From Camelus ferus (Eukaryota): DNA of 64,000 nt. The position numbers and the translations under genes were made by a program. The notes beneath the pieces were generated by a model, which was not told the origin of the DNA, made no database searches, and saw nothing but the letters and a program-made list of their open reading frames with translations. The stretch covers positions 53,260,001-53,324,000 of the forward strand of contig NC_045697.1 of the NCBI RefSeq assembly GCF_009834535.1, written 5' to 3'. This document shows, one piece after another, positions 35,920 through 48,800 of this stretch (the stretch's first letter is position 1; the number at the start of each line of letters is the position of its first letter).

Positions 35920-36470
35920 TGATGAACATTTTCATATGACTATTTTGAGTTTTACACTAAAAAAGTACTAGACGGGGGTAGGAGGTATACAATGATAGAA
36001 GCAGAGAGGCTGATTAGAAGGTTGCTGCAAAAATCTAGGAGAGATATGTCGGACACGGTGATATCAGTATAGGGGTGCTGATTAATGACTGGATTCTGGA
36101 TAATTTAAAGTTTCTGCTTCCTAGATTTTTTGAAAGATCAGATGTAAAACTTTGGAGAAAGAGAGAAATCAAGGACGATAACAAGTGTTCAGTCTTCAGC
36201 AAATTAAAGAAATAATGTTGGCATTTACTGAAAAATGATGGAAATAATAGGTTGAGTAGGAGGAAGATCATGAGCTCAGTACTTAACAGATGTAATATTT
36301 AAGATGCTCATTGAACACCTACATGGGAAAGTCAGGTAGGTGGTTGAATACATGAGTCTAGAATTCAGAGGATGTATCCAGGCTTTAGAAGATTTGGAAA
36401 CCATTGGCATGACAGTATTTGTATGGTATTTAAAATACAAGATGAGATGAGACCAATGAGGACATAAATA
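35920..36470 (+). mobile_element. L2 fragment upstream of relic A promoter
   Basis: gattagaaggttgctgca...ggattctggataatttaaag L2 motifs. Confidence 0.6.
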
Positions 36471-38214
36471 CAGATTATCTTAACATTTGGTACTCATTTC
36501 AAGAAGTCAATGAATATATTTCTTGAAGCCCTGACCTGTTCACAAAAATCAATACATGTCAGGAAAGGATATATAGTCGAACCATCTGGCAATCATTGAA
36601 GAAGGATGTGGTCCTTGGAGTTGATACTAGAGAAAAACAGCAAAGGTGTCAACATCCTGAAGAACAGATGGGAATAATTACATGTTTGTAGAAGCCAACT
36701 CCCCCAAGCAATGGCGTTATATAATTTTCCAGTGGCTAAATAGAACACGATAAAGCAAAGAAACTTGTAAAACGGAAATAAACACACACAGAGAACCCTG
36801 CAAATGTATTTTAACATTGATCAAAAGAAGGCAGACCCCCAAATGGTGTATATGGTAGTATTTTTTGTTGTAAAAAGCTCAAAAATAGACAAACCTGAGC
36901 AATATTATTTTAAGGAATTCATCAGAGGCAGTAAAATTAAAAAGAAAAACAGAATTAATTATCTTAACCCACTAGATAGTTTTAAACTTTAGAGATAAAG
37001 AAAGGAATGGCTTGATAAAAGGACACATAAAAAATATCTGAGGTCTTAAACATGTTTTATAACTTGATATGAAATTTCTAGGTTTTGGTGGTTACATCTT
37101 TGTTTGCTTTAGGATTATTTACTATAATGTACACTTAAGGGGCTTTTTGAATCCATCATTGAAGTCACCAAAAAAAAAAAAAAAGAGCCTTAAATGTACA
37201 ATTAACAAGATTTTTGATAAATTGAATATAATAAATGGGGGAGACAAAGAAAGTGAAGAGGTTCCCAATCTTCTGGTTTGGATGAATTTCCTACATCTCA
37301 AACCTGATGCCTGTCTTCTCACTCTCAGTGGTTTGTTCGTCACAAAGGACATGATATCAATTCAAAACATTCACACTTAGCTTTCACTCAATCTAACCTC
37401 TTTCAATGCAGTCAATAGAAAAGAACTGAGGAAAAAACCCGAATATTACTGTAATGATAGGTACAACTCAAATTTCACCACAACTGATGGACCAGAATAT
37501 TCTATGGTACTTTGTAATAAAAGCAGAGAAGGTAAACCTTCCTCTGTGATAAAATGTCATGTTTATTTAAAAATGCCAAATTTTTCTTAGGTTAAATACT
37601 TTCTTTCATTCCCTGAAAAGCTCAGTAAAAGACTATATCCCAAATGGGGAGAAATGATATCATTACACCATATAATATTTCATTATTCATTATGATTTTA
37701 TGAGGTTTTATAGCCTCTTATATTTACATTTTAGTTTATTTTCTTTATCTTCCTGTTGTGTTTTATCTGCTCACATTTATAAATTTTTCATAAGGCTTCA
37801 ATATATACCAAAGAAAAAAGCCTGAGTCTTGACAATATAATTATTAAAACTGACTACAATGTGTGATCACAAATTTACCATAAAATATTCAGAAGTGAAT
37901 ATCAAAGATATATGAAATAAATGACACCATTATTGGTCTTACTTTTAGATTATTTGCCAAGTCAAATTAAAATTAGCCCCTATTTGACTCTTGGAGATGG
38001 AAGCAAATTTATCTCAAATAAACAATTCTACCAAGATAGTTTCTCATTTTTTGGAAATCTGTGTCCTCATGGTTCCACACATTAATATTCTGGTTCAATG
38101 TAAGATAGGGGGCAAAATTACACACAGAAGAAATGTTCACAAGAAATTATTTCGTACTGTAGATATACAGAAGATTTGTAAACTCTCTTCCTTCATTCCT
38201 TGATTTCTTTATTT

Positions 38215-39065
38215 ATTCTGTTCTTTCTCCTTTTCTCCCCCAAATATTTACTGATCACCCAATGTGTCTCAGACATTGTTGTAGACTGTGGTAACAATGT
38301 GGTGAATAAGACACAGAAATTCCTGTCTTTATTGGGCTTATATTTTTGTGGAGGTTGGGTGAGGGTGACAATAAAGACAAATGCACAAATTGATAAAAAG
38401 CTAAAAAGAGATAGCTACTATGAAAAAAGAAAACCGTGACAGAACATGAAACAACCGGGTTGGTGGAGGGAACTTAATTAGACAGGGTATTTAGGAACTA
38501 TTATTCTAAAACAGGGTATTTATCTGAGATCCAAAGGTAGCAAGGTGCCCTGTCATTCCTAGAGCAGTGCAGAGGTTCTTGCATAAGATCAAACAGAACA
38601 TGGTTGAAAAAAGAAAGGAAGCCCTTGTGCAGTAAGCATAGAGTGAGGTGGGGAATGTGGTAGGAAAAGTTGTTATTCAGAGCAGGTAAGTCTTGTATGG
38701 ATGGTGAAGGGTTTAGAATGTATTCTATGTTAATGGAGAAAACATTGGAGGCTTTTAAGGAGAGAAGTGATATGATTTGAATAATGTTTGGTTTAATATA
38801 TGACTGTGACTGCTGAGTGGATAACATGGGCGAGGTGGGTGGTGGGGGAGAGTGATTGGTGGAATTATCTTGGAGTAAAAGCAGAAACAAGTCGATCAGT
38901 TAGGAGGCTTTCCCATTATTCCTAAGAGATGACAACAGCTTGAACTAGGCTCAAAGCCACGGAGAAGTTTAGAATTAATTGGATATAGAGGTATATTTTG
39001 GAAGTAAGTCAAAATGGATTTGCTGACTGGGTGTATGGGAAAGTAAAAGACAGATGTATGGATGG
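38215..39065 (+). mobile_element. L2 fragment
   Basis: tatttactgatcacc..aataagacacag..gagagaagtgatatgatttga motifs. Confidence 0.65.
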
Positions 39066-40185
39066 CACATTTGAATCACCCTTTAAGTCATGGGTGGCGT
39101 AATTAATGTGTTGTTCTTTATAAATTAAGCACATTCAGAGGTTATACTAATTATGACCAAAATTATACTTGTGTAGTAAAAATCTATTACATTCAAAAGC
39201 AATACTAAGATTACCCTAAAGTAGTTACACAACCAAACTCCCGGCCAGGGTGATCGATGGCTGTTTCTGTCCCTCCTGTGGTGGTTTTATTCAGCCATCT
39301 CATCATATGTCTAAATTCTTTTGACAGTCTCCTACCTGTCCCTCTTATTAGGACTTTATTTTCTCTCTCCATTCCCTCCTCAACACTTCCGTAGCCTATG
39401 CTGCAAATAACACATATGATCATGCCATTTTTCTGCTTAACAAATTATGTTATGATTGCCTATTTATATTTTCGTAAAATGAGGCAATGAACTCTTAAGA
39501 ATGATACCCTCTTAGTCTCTGTGTGTCATGTACTTGATGGGTAGTGTGTGGTCAATCACCATCAGATAAATAATTTATAAGGTTAAACTTTTGATTGTCT
39601 ATGCTTGGACTCATTATTACCTAAAATGACACTTAGAGCAGAAATTCATGCTGTTGTTATTCAATTCTTCTAGACTTTACTTTCAGGAATTCAAGTGTTG
39701 ACTGTAAAGTGACCCCTCTTGGGGGTCTGCTCAATATACACTGAGTGAGAATGTGTCATACCGTTATCCCCAGTTTTTAATTCTCACATGAAGTTTGATT
39801 CTCTGTCTTTGTCTACCTGGCATTTCTAATTAGATGATTTTCTGTCACTTCTTGAATTTCAAAATTGACATAACTAAATTATCTTCCTCACTTATTTTTC
39901 CTATCCTGAAAAAACAAAGCAGAAATCCACGTAATAAGCAAACAGTAATGGGTCATCTTCTCTCTTATGGTTTGCTTACTGTCTTTCCACTTTTGTTTGG
40001 TAAAACAGTCCAGAAACCCTGTATTCCTTCTTCCTTTCTACCCTTGGAAAGGTCTGTCTTATCAGACCAGTCATCGACAATTATTTAGTTTTCTTCTAAA
40101 TCACTTTTCTTCTCACTGTTTCTTTTTATTTGCGTTGTCACTATCCAAGGTTTTTAAAGTGGTATTCTCAGTTTTAGGTTCTTCT

Positions 40186-40461
40186 TGTCAACTGGAAAAC
40201 ACACAGTCTAAAAGTTGAGAATTATGTTTTATTTCGTGGACTTTCTGAGGACTTCGAGCCCAGGAGGCAGCTTCTCAGATAACTCTGAGGGACTGCTCCA
40301 AAGAGGTAAGGGAGGGGCCAGGATATACAGGGGTTTTTGCAACAAGGACCAGGTACTCAGAACATCAGAATATTACTGTGATTTAAAGAAAACCAGATGA
40401 CTGAAGTTAATGAATTTAGCACTTTGTCTACTGATATGGCAGGCAATATTTTTCATTCACA
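40186..40461 (-). mobile_element. Short (internally deleted) ERV1 solo LTR, MER41-like
   Basis: TG...CA ends, TSD TTCT on both sides, ctcagataactctgagggactgctccaaagagg motif. Confidence 0.6.
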
Positions 40462-41986
40462 TTCTCTTTCAATAACAGAACACATACTCTCTCTATATTA
40501 TTATTGCAAAAATAATACTTTAATTCCATTCTTCCTTGATCAGAAAATTCTTACAGGTTGCCCAATGCTTAAGGGCCCTGTTTAACTTCTCATTATGTGT
40601 GATGTGTAACCATACTCTCAGGCCATTGAAATTTAAATAATCTTTTTGGAGTGTCCTTTAAAATGCCTGTAATTCTTTTCAGCTTTATCAGCATTTGGCC
40701 AGAGATAGGCTATTTTTTTTTAAGTTTCAAAAAACTTCCAGGTTTATTTTTGAGTAAAAGGTCTTCCTTAGAATTTGGAGGATTTTGTTTTGTGTGTAAA
40801 AATGGATAAAATTTTCTAGAAATTAGTTAGATTAAGTTTTAATGTCTTCTTTTTCTATGATATAAAGGTCAGTTCTTCTCAATCTTGACTGCGCTTTGGA
40901 ATTATCTTGGGAACATTAAAAAAATTACCATTATTTAGATCCATCCCACCAATTAGAATTTTTGTGTGAGCCTTGATAAAGAAGATATTTAAGAGAGTTA
41001 TTCAAATACACAGTCAGGGTTGATGGTGAGATCGGCAAATATTATATGCTATCAAAATATCAATTTTTGATACTAGAAAGAATACTTTGCCATACCTGGC
41101 AACTGTATACTGTTGAATGCAAGTAACCTATTTATATTAAATATCTGTTCATTTGCCAAACCTTTATAAGGTAACCACTGTGTAGCAGGCTCTGTTACTG
41201 GATGATTTGGAGGTAGGGCAACTGGGCTACAATCACAGAGGCTTAAGTGTATCAAGTGCTTTTAGATATTGTGTCTTTCCTTAGACTCAACACATTTTTA
41301 ATAGGTTGAGATTATTATGCCTATTTTTCAGAGTCTGAAAGTTTGTTTTAGAGAGGTTAAGTGCCTAATGTCATGAAGCCAGAACACAGATCTAGGACAC
41401 GTTTTTTTGTCTCTAGTACCCAGTCTATTAACTTGTACTCTCTGAGAGGAGCTACTTCTGATTCTGAAGGAATAAAAATAAACAAATATCTTACCAAATC
41501 ACACAGGTATTCCTTGGGGGCAGTTACTGCAGTGGATTTATCTTTGTTGCCCTAAGGTCTAGCAGCATGCCTGGACCCAAGCAGATGTCCTGTGAATGTT
41601 TGTTGAGTTCAAGTGAACCTGTGGGTACTGATGGCTAGCAGTGTCCTCTCTAAAGGGTTAGCTGTCTCTTAACAGGAAATCTGTAGAGAAACATTGCAGT
41701 GTCAGCCATGAGAGCTGGATTTTCTTTTTGTAATGCAGGCATCTGACAAGATTTGATTGAGGCATCCACTTCAGAGACCCATTCACTTTAAAGGTGACTG
41801 TCTTGAATGAATGCATTGCCAGTCACAGGACAGCTGAGGAGCTAGCCTCCCCACCCTATACCCCCACACTCATTTGTTTTAGATATATTAGTAGATTTCG
41901 ATAACCGACCATTTGGACCACTTGTTTTTTCTCTTTCAGTGAGTTTTAAACTTTTGCTCTTATGTTTTAAATTCACCAATAAAGAG

Positions 41987-42946
41987 CAAACAACCCAGCC
42001 CACAAGTGGGCAGATTTAAACAAGCAATTCTCCAGTGAAGACATACACATGGCCAATAGGCACATGAAAAAATGCTCAATATCACTAATTATGAGAGAAA
42101 TGCAGATCAAAACTACAATGAGGTATCACCTCATACCAGTCAGAATAGCCATCATTCAGAAGTCCACAAATGATAAATGCTGGAGAGGCTGTGGAGAAAA
42201 GGGAACCCTCCTACATTTGTGATGGGAATGTAGTTTGGTGCAGCCATTATGGAAAATAGTAGGGAGATTCCTCAAAAATCTGAAAATAGACCTTACCATA
42301 TGATCCAGCAATCCCACTCCTGGGCATATATCCAGAGGAAACTCTAATGTGAAAAGATACATGTACCCCAATGTTTATAGCAGCACCATTTACAATAGCC
42401 AAGACATGGAAGCAATCTAAATGCCCATTGATAGATGACTGGATATAGAAGTTGTGGTATATTTATACAATGGGATACTACTCAGCCATTAAAAAGAATA
42501 AAATGCCATTTTCAGCAACATGGATGAACCTAGAGATCATCATTCTAAGTGAAGTAAGCCAGAAAGAGAAAGAAAAATACCATATGATATCATTCATATG
42601 TGGAATCTAAAAAAAAGAAAAAGAAAAAAGAGGACACAATGAACTCATCTACAAAATAGAAACCGATTTGCAGAAATAGTAAACAATCTTATGGTTACCA
42701 GGGAAAGGAGGTGGGAAGGGATAAAGTTGGTAGTTTGAGATTTACAAATGTTAGCCACTATATATAAAAAAAGATTTAAAAAACAAGTTTCTACTGTATA
42801 GCACAGGGGACTATGTTCAATATCTTGTAATAACCTTTAATGAAAACAAACATATGTATGTATATGCCTGACTAGGATATTGTGCTGTACACCAGAAATT
42901 GACACATTATTACTGATGGTACTTCAATTGAAAAAAAAAAAAGAAA
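41987..42946 (+). mobile_element. Relatively young 5'-truncated L1 (ORF2 end + 3'UTR + polyA)
   Basis: Canonical ORF2 C-terminal DNA (atggccaataggcacatgaaaaaatgctc...), poly(A) at 42931-42942. Confidence 0.92.
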
Positions 42947-44639
42947 GTGTTTGAGATGGTAAAGCCATACAGTGAAAGGAACTTAGATTTTTGTTTCACT
43001 GTTTGAAGTGAAGGCTCCTAGCAGAACCAGCCAACTTCCATTGGGCTGTGGTGTAATTAAAAAATAACTATTTATTGCATTAAGCTGCTGAGATTTGGGA
43101 GTTCTATGTTGCAACAATTAGCTTATTTTAATTAACATTTGAGAGAAGACCTGAGATAAACAAATATATTAAATCACAGAGGTAATGGAAGGTCCCACTA
43201 TCAGGGTTAGAGATGAGGCATTAATTCTGATACGGAAGTCACATAGCTCTTTAGAGGTGGGGAAGTGACATGATCTGACATAGGGTAGAAGGAGTTAATG
43301 GATGGACAAGGATATTTGCAGAGGCATCCAGTAGGGAGCTGTTATGGTACTCCAAGTCAAAAATGATGATGGCTTTAGCCAGATGGTAGCAGTGGAAATG
43401 GTCAGAATTTGTTAGATTCTGCTTGTCTTCCAAAGGTAGAGCTGACACTATATACTGACAGCTTGGGTGTGATTTATGAGTGAAAAGAATGGGTCAAGGG
43501 TGACTCCAAGTTTTATGTGGTAATTTCCTGAGATGAGAAAGAAACAGCTGGAAGAAGCAGCTTTCCATAAGCCTGGTGACACATTAATCTTAGCCCTGGA
43601 AACTTGATTTTGGACCTCCTGTAATTTTTATTTGTATAAGCCACCAACTTGGCAATTTTTTGCAATAGCCAGAAGAAACCAGTACACCCATCATGCTTAA
43701 CTTTAAGTTAGTTTGTGTTCTCTTCTAATTTCTAATTAATTTAATCTAATTTCTAGTCTTCTAAAGTTCTAATACCACATTTTCTTGGTGTGCTTTCTCA
43801 TTCTGCCTGACACATTTTTAGCTGTGAAATCTTTGACCAATCATTCATCTTCTCTGTTACTTGGTTTCCTAATATTTAAAATGGGACTAATAATAGTATC
43901 TATTTATACGGTTATTATAAGAGCTTAATAAGTTTATATTGGTTAGAAGCCTAGAACAGTGCCTAGCACTGGAAATTACTATGTAAGTTGACATTAGATA
44001 AATGTTTTAAAAAGTAGGTGAAACATTTTGGGGGAAAGGAAATGGAGAGAAAGCCATGGAATGAGGCTTATCTTTTCTTCGACTACCTTCTGTCCACTTT
44101 GGAAATAAAAGATTAAAAACATTCCATTTGGGCTGTATTTTTTTAGACAGTTTTCATTCAAAAGAAAGGCACATACTGCTGTCATATGTTTAAATCTCTG
44201 TCAATTATTATTTACATATTTAGGAAGTAGCCTTTAAAAATTGTGAATTGGAAAAATTATACAATAAACCTAATTTCTGTATAAATTCAGTCCAATGGAA
44301 AAATACAACAAACCAACCAATATGGTGAGACTGATATTTTTAATATAACAGAATGAAATTCTTTGGAAAAGAGAATAAACTTTCATAGATTTCACTGATT
44401 TATGCACCAATTGCTCCTGGAAAAGGAAAATAACATATTAGTTTTGTATAATAAATACCAAATTGCTTACAGAAAATTGCTTTTTTTTTTGCTTTATGAT
44501 TTTAATCTTAAAGGACTATATTGAACGGTCATCTACAAATCCATGCTACAATTAAAAGACATTTAAGAGAATCAAGCTCATTTTCCTCTATCTTCTTATA
44601 GATATTCATTCGTGTAACAATGAATTCACTTAAAAATGC

Positions 44640-44808
44640 AGTGTAAGTTCAACGTTTTATTTGCATGCATGGATATATTTATTATACAGGATTTTTTTCG
44701 TGGAGGTGTTGGATTCAGATCAACAGTCTCCTGATACTGAATGATTTGAAGTAGAATTCCTTCTCTGCCTTAGGGACTTTGCCAGAAAAGTGGCACTCTT
44801 TCCTTCAC
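44640..44808 (-). other. PRR27: Probable PRR27 terminal 3'UTR exon, AATAAA at 44656-44661
   Basis: taacag acceptor at 44809 and a polyA signal. Confidence 0.55.
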
Positions 44809-45828
44809 CTGTTATGAATTAAGTAATTAATATAGTATGAAACTAAATACAAATGCTTACTGAAAATATGAAATTATTAGATTTATGTAATATCTTGAAT
44901 TAATTCACTGATCAATATCCTTTGACCTTATATCATAGTAAACTAAATAAAACCCCAAGTTAAATAAAGAAGAAGGCAAAATTGAAGCCTTTTAATTTCC
45001 TTGGCAATAGCTGCTGTTAAGAGGCATCACTGACAATACTAACTGCCATCACATCTGGTTTCCAGTTCTATTTTAAATACTGATGTCACCTCAGTAGAAA
45101 TTCTGATTTGGCTGACGGTCACACAAGCCTTACCATTTTTCTGTCCAGTTACTATTCATAGCAGTAAAATTGGAACAGCTTTGGGGAGCAATGAATGAAT
45201 GAGAACTTGGAATGAGGGAAATCACATTTGTTGCTTAGATGACTAAGGTGGAATGAGTCTAATTGAGCTTGCTGACCGATGCCTTTCTTCCCAGGACGAT
45301 GTGTAATGGCAGACTGGGGGCAAGGTTAGGGTGGGGAATGGGGTGGGAACAGGAGATCTGAGATCTAAATAGCCCATTGTTTGTTTTCTAAAACAGCGGA
45401 TCTCAGTGTGGGGTAAGTTTGGGGGTTGAATGAACAACCTACAGCATGATCTGTGAGAGCTTTAACAGTGGTTTCTCTCATCTGTAATTCAGTCCCCTTC
45501 CCCCATATGGAAGTTTCTTCTCTCTTTTGACCTCTAATTCTGGAATATTCAAGTCATAATCACTTTGGATCTATGTAAGAAAGAACTGTCTAGTTGTCCA
45601 AAAGCTGCCTGAGTCTCTCACATACGGCATGAGCTCATCACTTAAGACGTCTGAAGCCAGACCAGCAATATCTCTCCATACCCCACTTTCTCATTTTCAT
45701 ATCAGAAAATGTATTGTAAAGCAAGTTCAAATGATGAGATTTCATCTATTTAGTGCATGATTTTTAAATCTCATTATTATATGTGACTTACCGAAACAAA
45801 TGTATGGTACTCTCTTCTCTTGAAAAGT

Positions 45829-45840
45829 TCACTTCTTTAC
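45829..45840 (-). CDS. PRR27: PRR27 last coding exon VKK* (exon 45792-45840)
   Basis: Long poly-T acceptor, TGA at 45829-45831, TCG|gtaagt donor. Confidence 0.8.
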   Translation of the reverse strand, partial: VKK

Positions 45841-48800
45841 CTAAAAAGAAAAAAAAAAGATCTTTCATACATAATAAAAATGTATAGTATTGGACCTATC
45901 TTTTCTGAATAATCTTTATTCTCTAAGAAGCTGTGCCCTGATGATTTCTTCGTAACTCATATTTAGAATACCTTGTATTGCCATTAGGCTCAACTTTTGG
46001 AAACAGAGAACTGGTCAAGTCACTCCTCTCAAAGAAGGTCTTTAATAAATTCTGTCAGCTACAGGAAACAGTCTAAGATATTTAGCAATGTTTTCAAGGC
46101 CCCTTCTTATCAAGTCATTTCCTTCTATCCATACTTTCTAACATTCCTCTCTACCTTCATGAGAGCCGTGAACTACAGGTATGTAAATACCTGTAAATAC
46201 GGGCAGAAGGAGAGTGTTCTGTGTTGAAGAAACCTACTGAAGTAGCACGTTCATGTGTGGAGAATTGGAGGAAAAGGATGGCTCTTCAGACTTCCCTAGA
46301 GCAGTTTCAAGCAACCATTTAAGTTGATCCTGATCCCTATCAGGTACAAGGGAATAGGAACAGAAGTTTGTACCTCTTCTAGGAAACAACTAGTAGGAGT
46401 ATTCAATTAATAGCAATATACTTTAGAAATTATTCACTGTTGGATTTAAGCTCCCATTTGTTTTACAGCCTGTGCCCAGGGTATCTTTGACGTGCTTTGG
46501 AATCCCACTGTCCCTTTTATAAAATAGCCACATCTACTAAAATTTAAGGATGAAGTATTTTAAAAGTATTTATCAAAAAATATTGTTTTTAAAAAGTTTA
46601 GAGAACTATCATTTAGGTCAAGATGAGTCACAGAAGCTGGATCACCTTCTTGCCTGGAACAAATTTTTAAATTACCAAAAATATGAGAAGCAACAGTTTC
46701 TCAAGATCTGAACATCAAGCTATGAAGAACAGTGATCTCTAAGAGATAGGAAGCAAATGAAATGAACATGATGATTGTCCTAGCTTACTGCCTACACAGT
46801 TTCCAGGCCTCAGGGAAGGGAGATGGAGCTGGGAATCCAGGAAGACCAAGATAGCTGAAATTCACAGGGCAGAGAACCTGACAGAAACAAAGGGACAAAG
46901 ACATAGATACAAAGATCTAGAATGGTTATTCTATATTCATGCAGCATTATTTACAATAGTCAAGAAATGGAGGCAAAGTATGTGTCCATCAATAGATAAG
47001 TGGATAAGAAAGATGTGAGATATATATATATACACACACATACACACACACACACACACATATATATGTAATGGAATTATATATTATATATAATATATAA
47101 TATATATTATATTTATATACATATATAAAAATATATTATATTTATATACATACATATTTATATTATTCAGCCACAAAGAGAATGAAATTCTGCCATTTAC
47201 AAGTATGTGGATGGACCTAGAAAGTATTATGCTTACTGAAAAGTCAGAGAAAGACAAATACTCTATGTTATCACTTATATATGGAATCTAAAAATTAAAA
47301 CAAACAAATGTATATAACAAAACAGAAAAAGACTCATTATTATAGAGAACAAAACTAGTGGTTACCAGTGGGGAGAAGGCAGAGGGGAGGGGCAAGATAG
47401 GGGTGTGGGATTAAGAGATACAAACTATGTATAAAATAGATAAGCAACAAGGATGTACTGTACAGCACAGGGAAATGTAGCCATTGTTTTGCAATAACTT
47501 TAAATAGAGTATAAAATCTATAAAAATATTGAATCATTATCATGTGTACCTGAAACATATATCATATCATAAATCAACTCTATCTCAATAAAAATAAATA
47601 AATAAATGAAGGTTATTCTGATACTTTCAACCAAGGATACATTATTCATATGAAGATACTACCTCAGATTAGGTAAAAGAACCACTTAAAAGGACAAAAC
47701 GGAACAGTATCTGGTGCTAACATAGCATAGGAGAAAGCTTTTGATTCCACAAGCCAGAGAACAAAAAACTTGAAATTCACAGGGCATATGATTGAGCACT
47801 CAGGATGGTTTGATCTCTGCAATGGGAAAAATTCACCTTAGATCAAAATGTTTCTCTGTTCCTGTGTACTAAAGGTTAAAAGCCTAGTAACCTCACGGTA
47901 TCCTAAAATGAAAGTTTTCCCCTAATGTCAAAAACAAGGCAGAGATACTCACTGAATCACTTTTATTTAATATTGAACTGTGCACTTTAAGCCAGTACAG
48001 TGTACAATAAAACAAATGGATATAAATAAATGATATCCAGTTTGGAAATTAAAATGTCCATCAATAAATGAATGGGTAGGTTAAAAAAATTATGATATAT
48101 CCATATAATCTAATACTACTCTGCAAAAAAAAAGAAAAGAGAGAGAGAGACTGAACTATTGCTATGAATAACTACATGGACAAATAAAATAATTGTGCTG
48201 AGTGACAGAAGCCAGACACAAAAGAGTATATAGTGTGTTTCTGCTTACATAAAATTCTAGAAAATGCAAGCCAATCTGTACTGGCAGAAAATAGATCAAG
48301 AACAGGAAAAAGGGGAGGGTTGGATTATTAAAACAAAACAAAGCAAAACAAAACAGGAGGAAACTTCTGGCTGTGGTGGATATATTCATTTTCCTGGTTA
48401 GTTTTTTCATGCGCATGTCAAATACAAGTCAAAACTTCTCAGAATATACACTTTCAGTTTTGGTAGTTTGCTGTATGTCATTGTGTCTCAATAGAAGTGT
48501 TTAAAATGTTTAAACCGATGCACGTTTGCCTGTTGGGAGATTATGTTTCTTTCCCGCTGCTACAACTCCGTGCGTCATGGGAGTAAGACTGAGGCAACCC
48601 ACCTGGTCCAAAGCCGAGGGCTGAGGCCCTGCGGCGGCGGCGGCGGCGGCGGGCTCGCCTTCATCCGGCGCAGTGACGGCAGGCGGCTCAATCTCGGGGA
48701 CAGTGCGTGGGGGTGTAGGTGGGACAAAAGGCTTAGCTACGTATGGTTCGGCTGCAACAGGTAGAGCTGTCTCAGTTGGGGAAAAAGGGCCCCAACGTCT

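Noticed and set aside
38501..38890. 129-aa ORF
   Set aside because: Lies within a decayed L2 element.
42156..42371. 71-aa ORF
   Set aside because: Antisense translation of L1 ORF2.
44330..44470. Strong minus-strand acceptor at 44417
   Set aside because: The nearest donor gives an intron of only ~50 nt, and it lies beyond the PRR27 polyA signal; unsupported.
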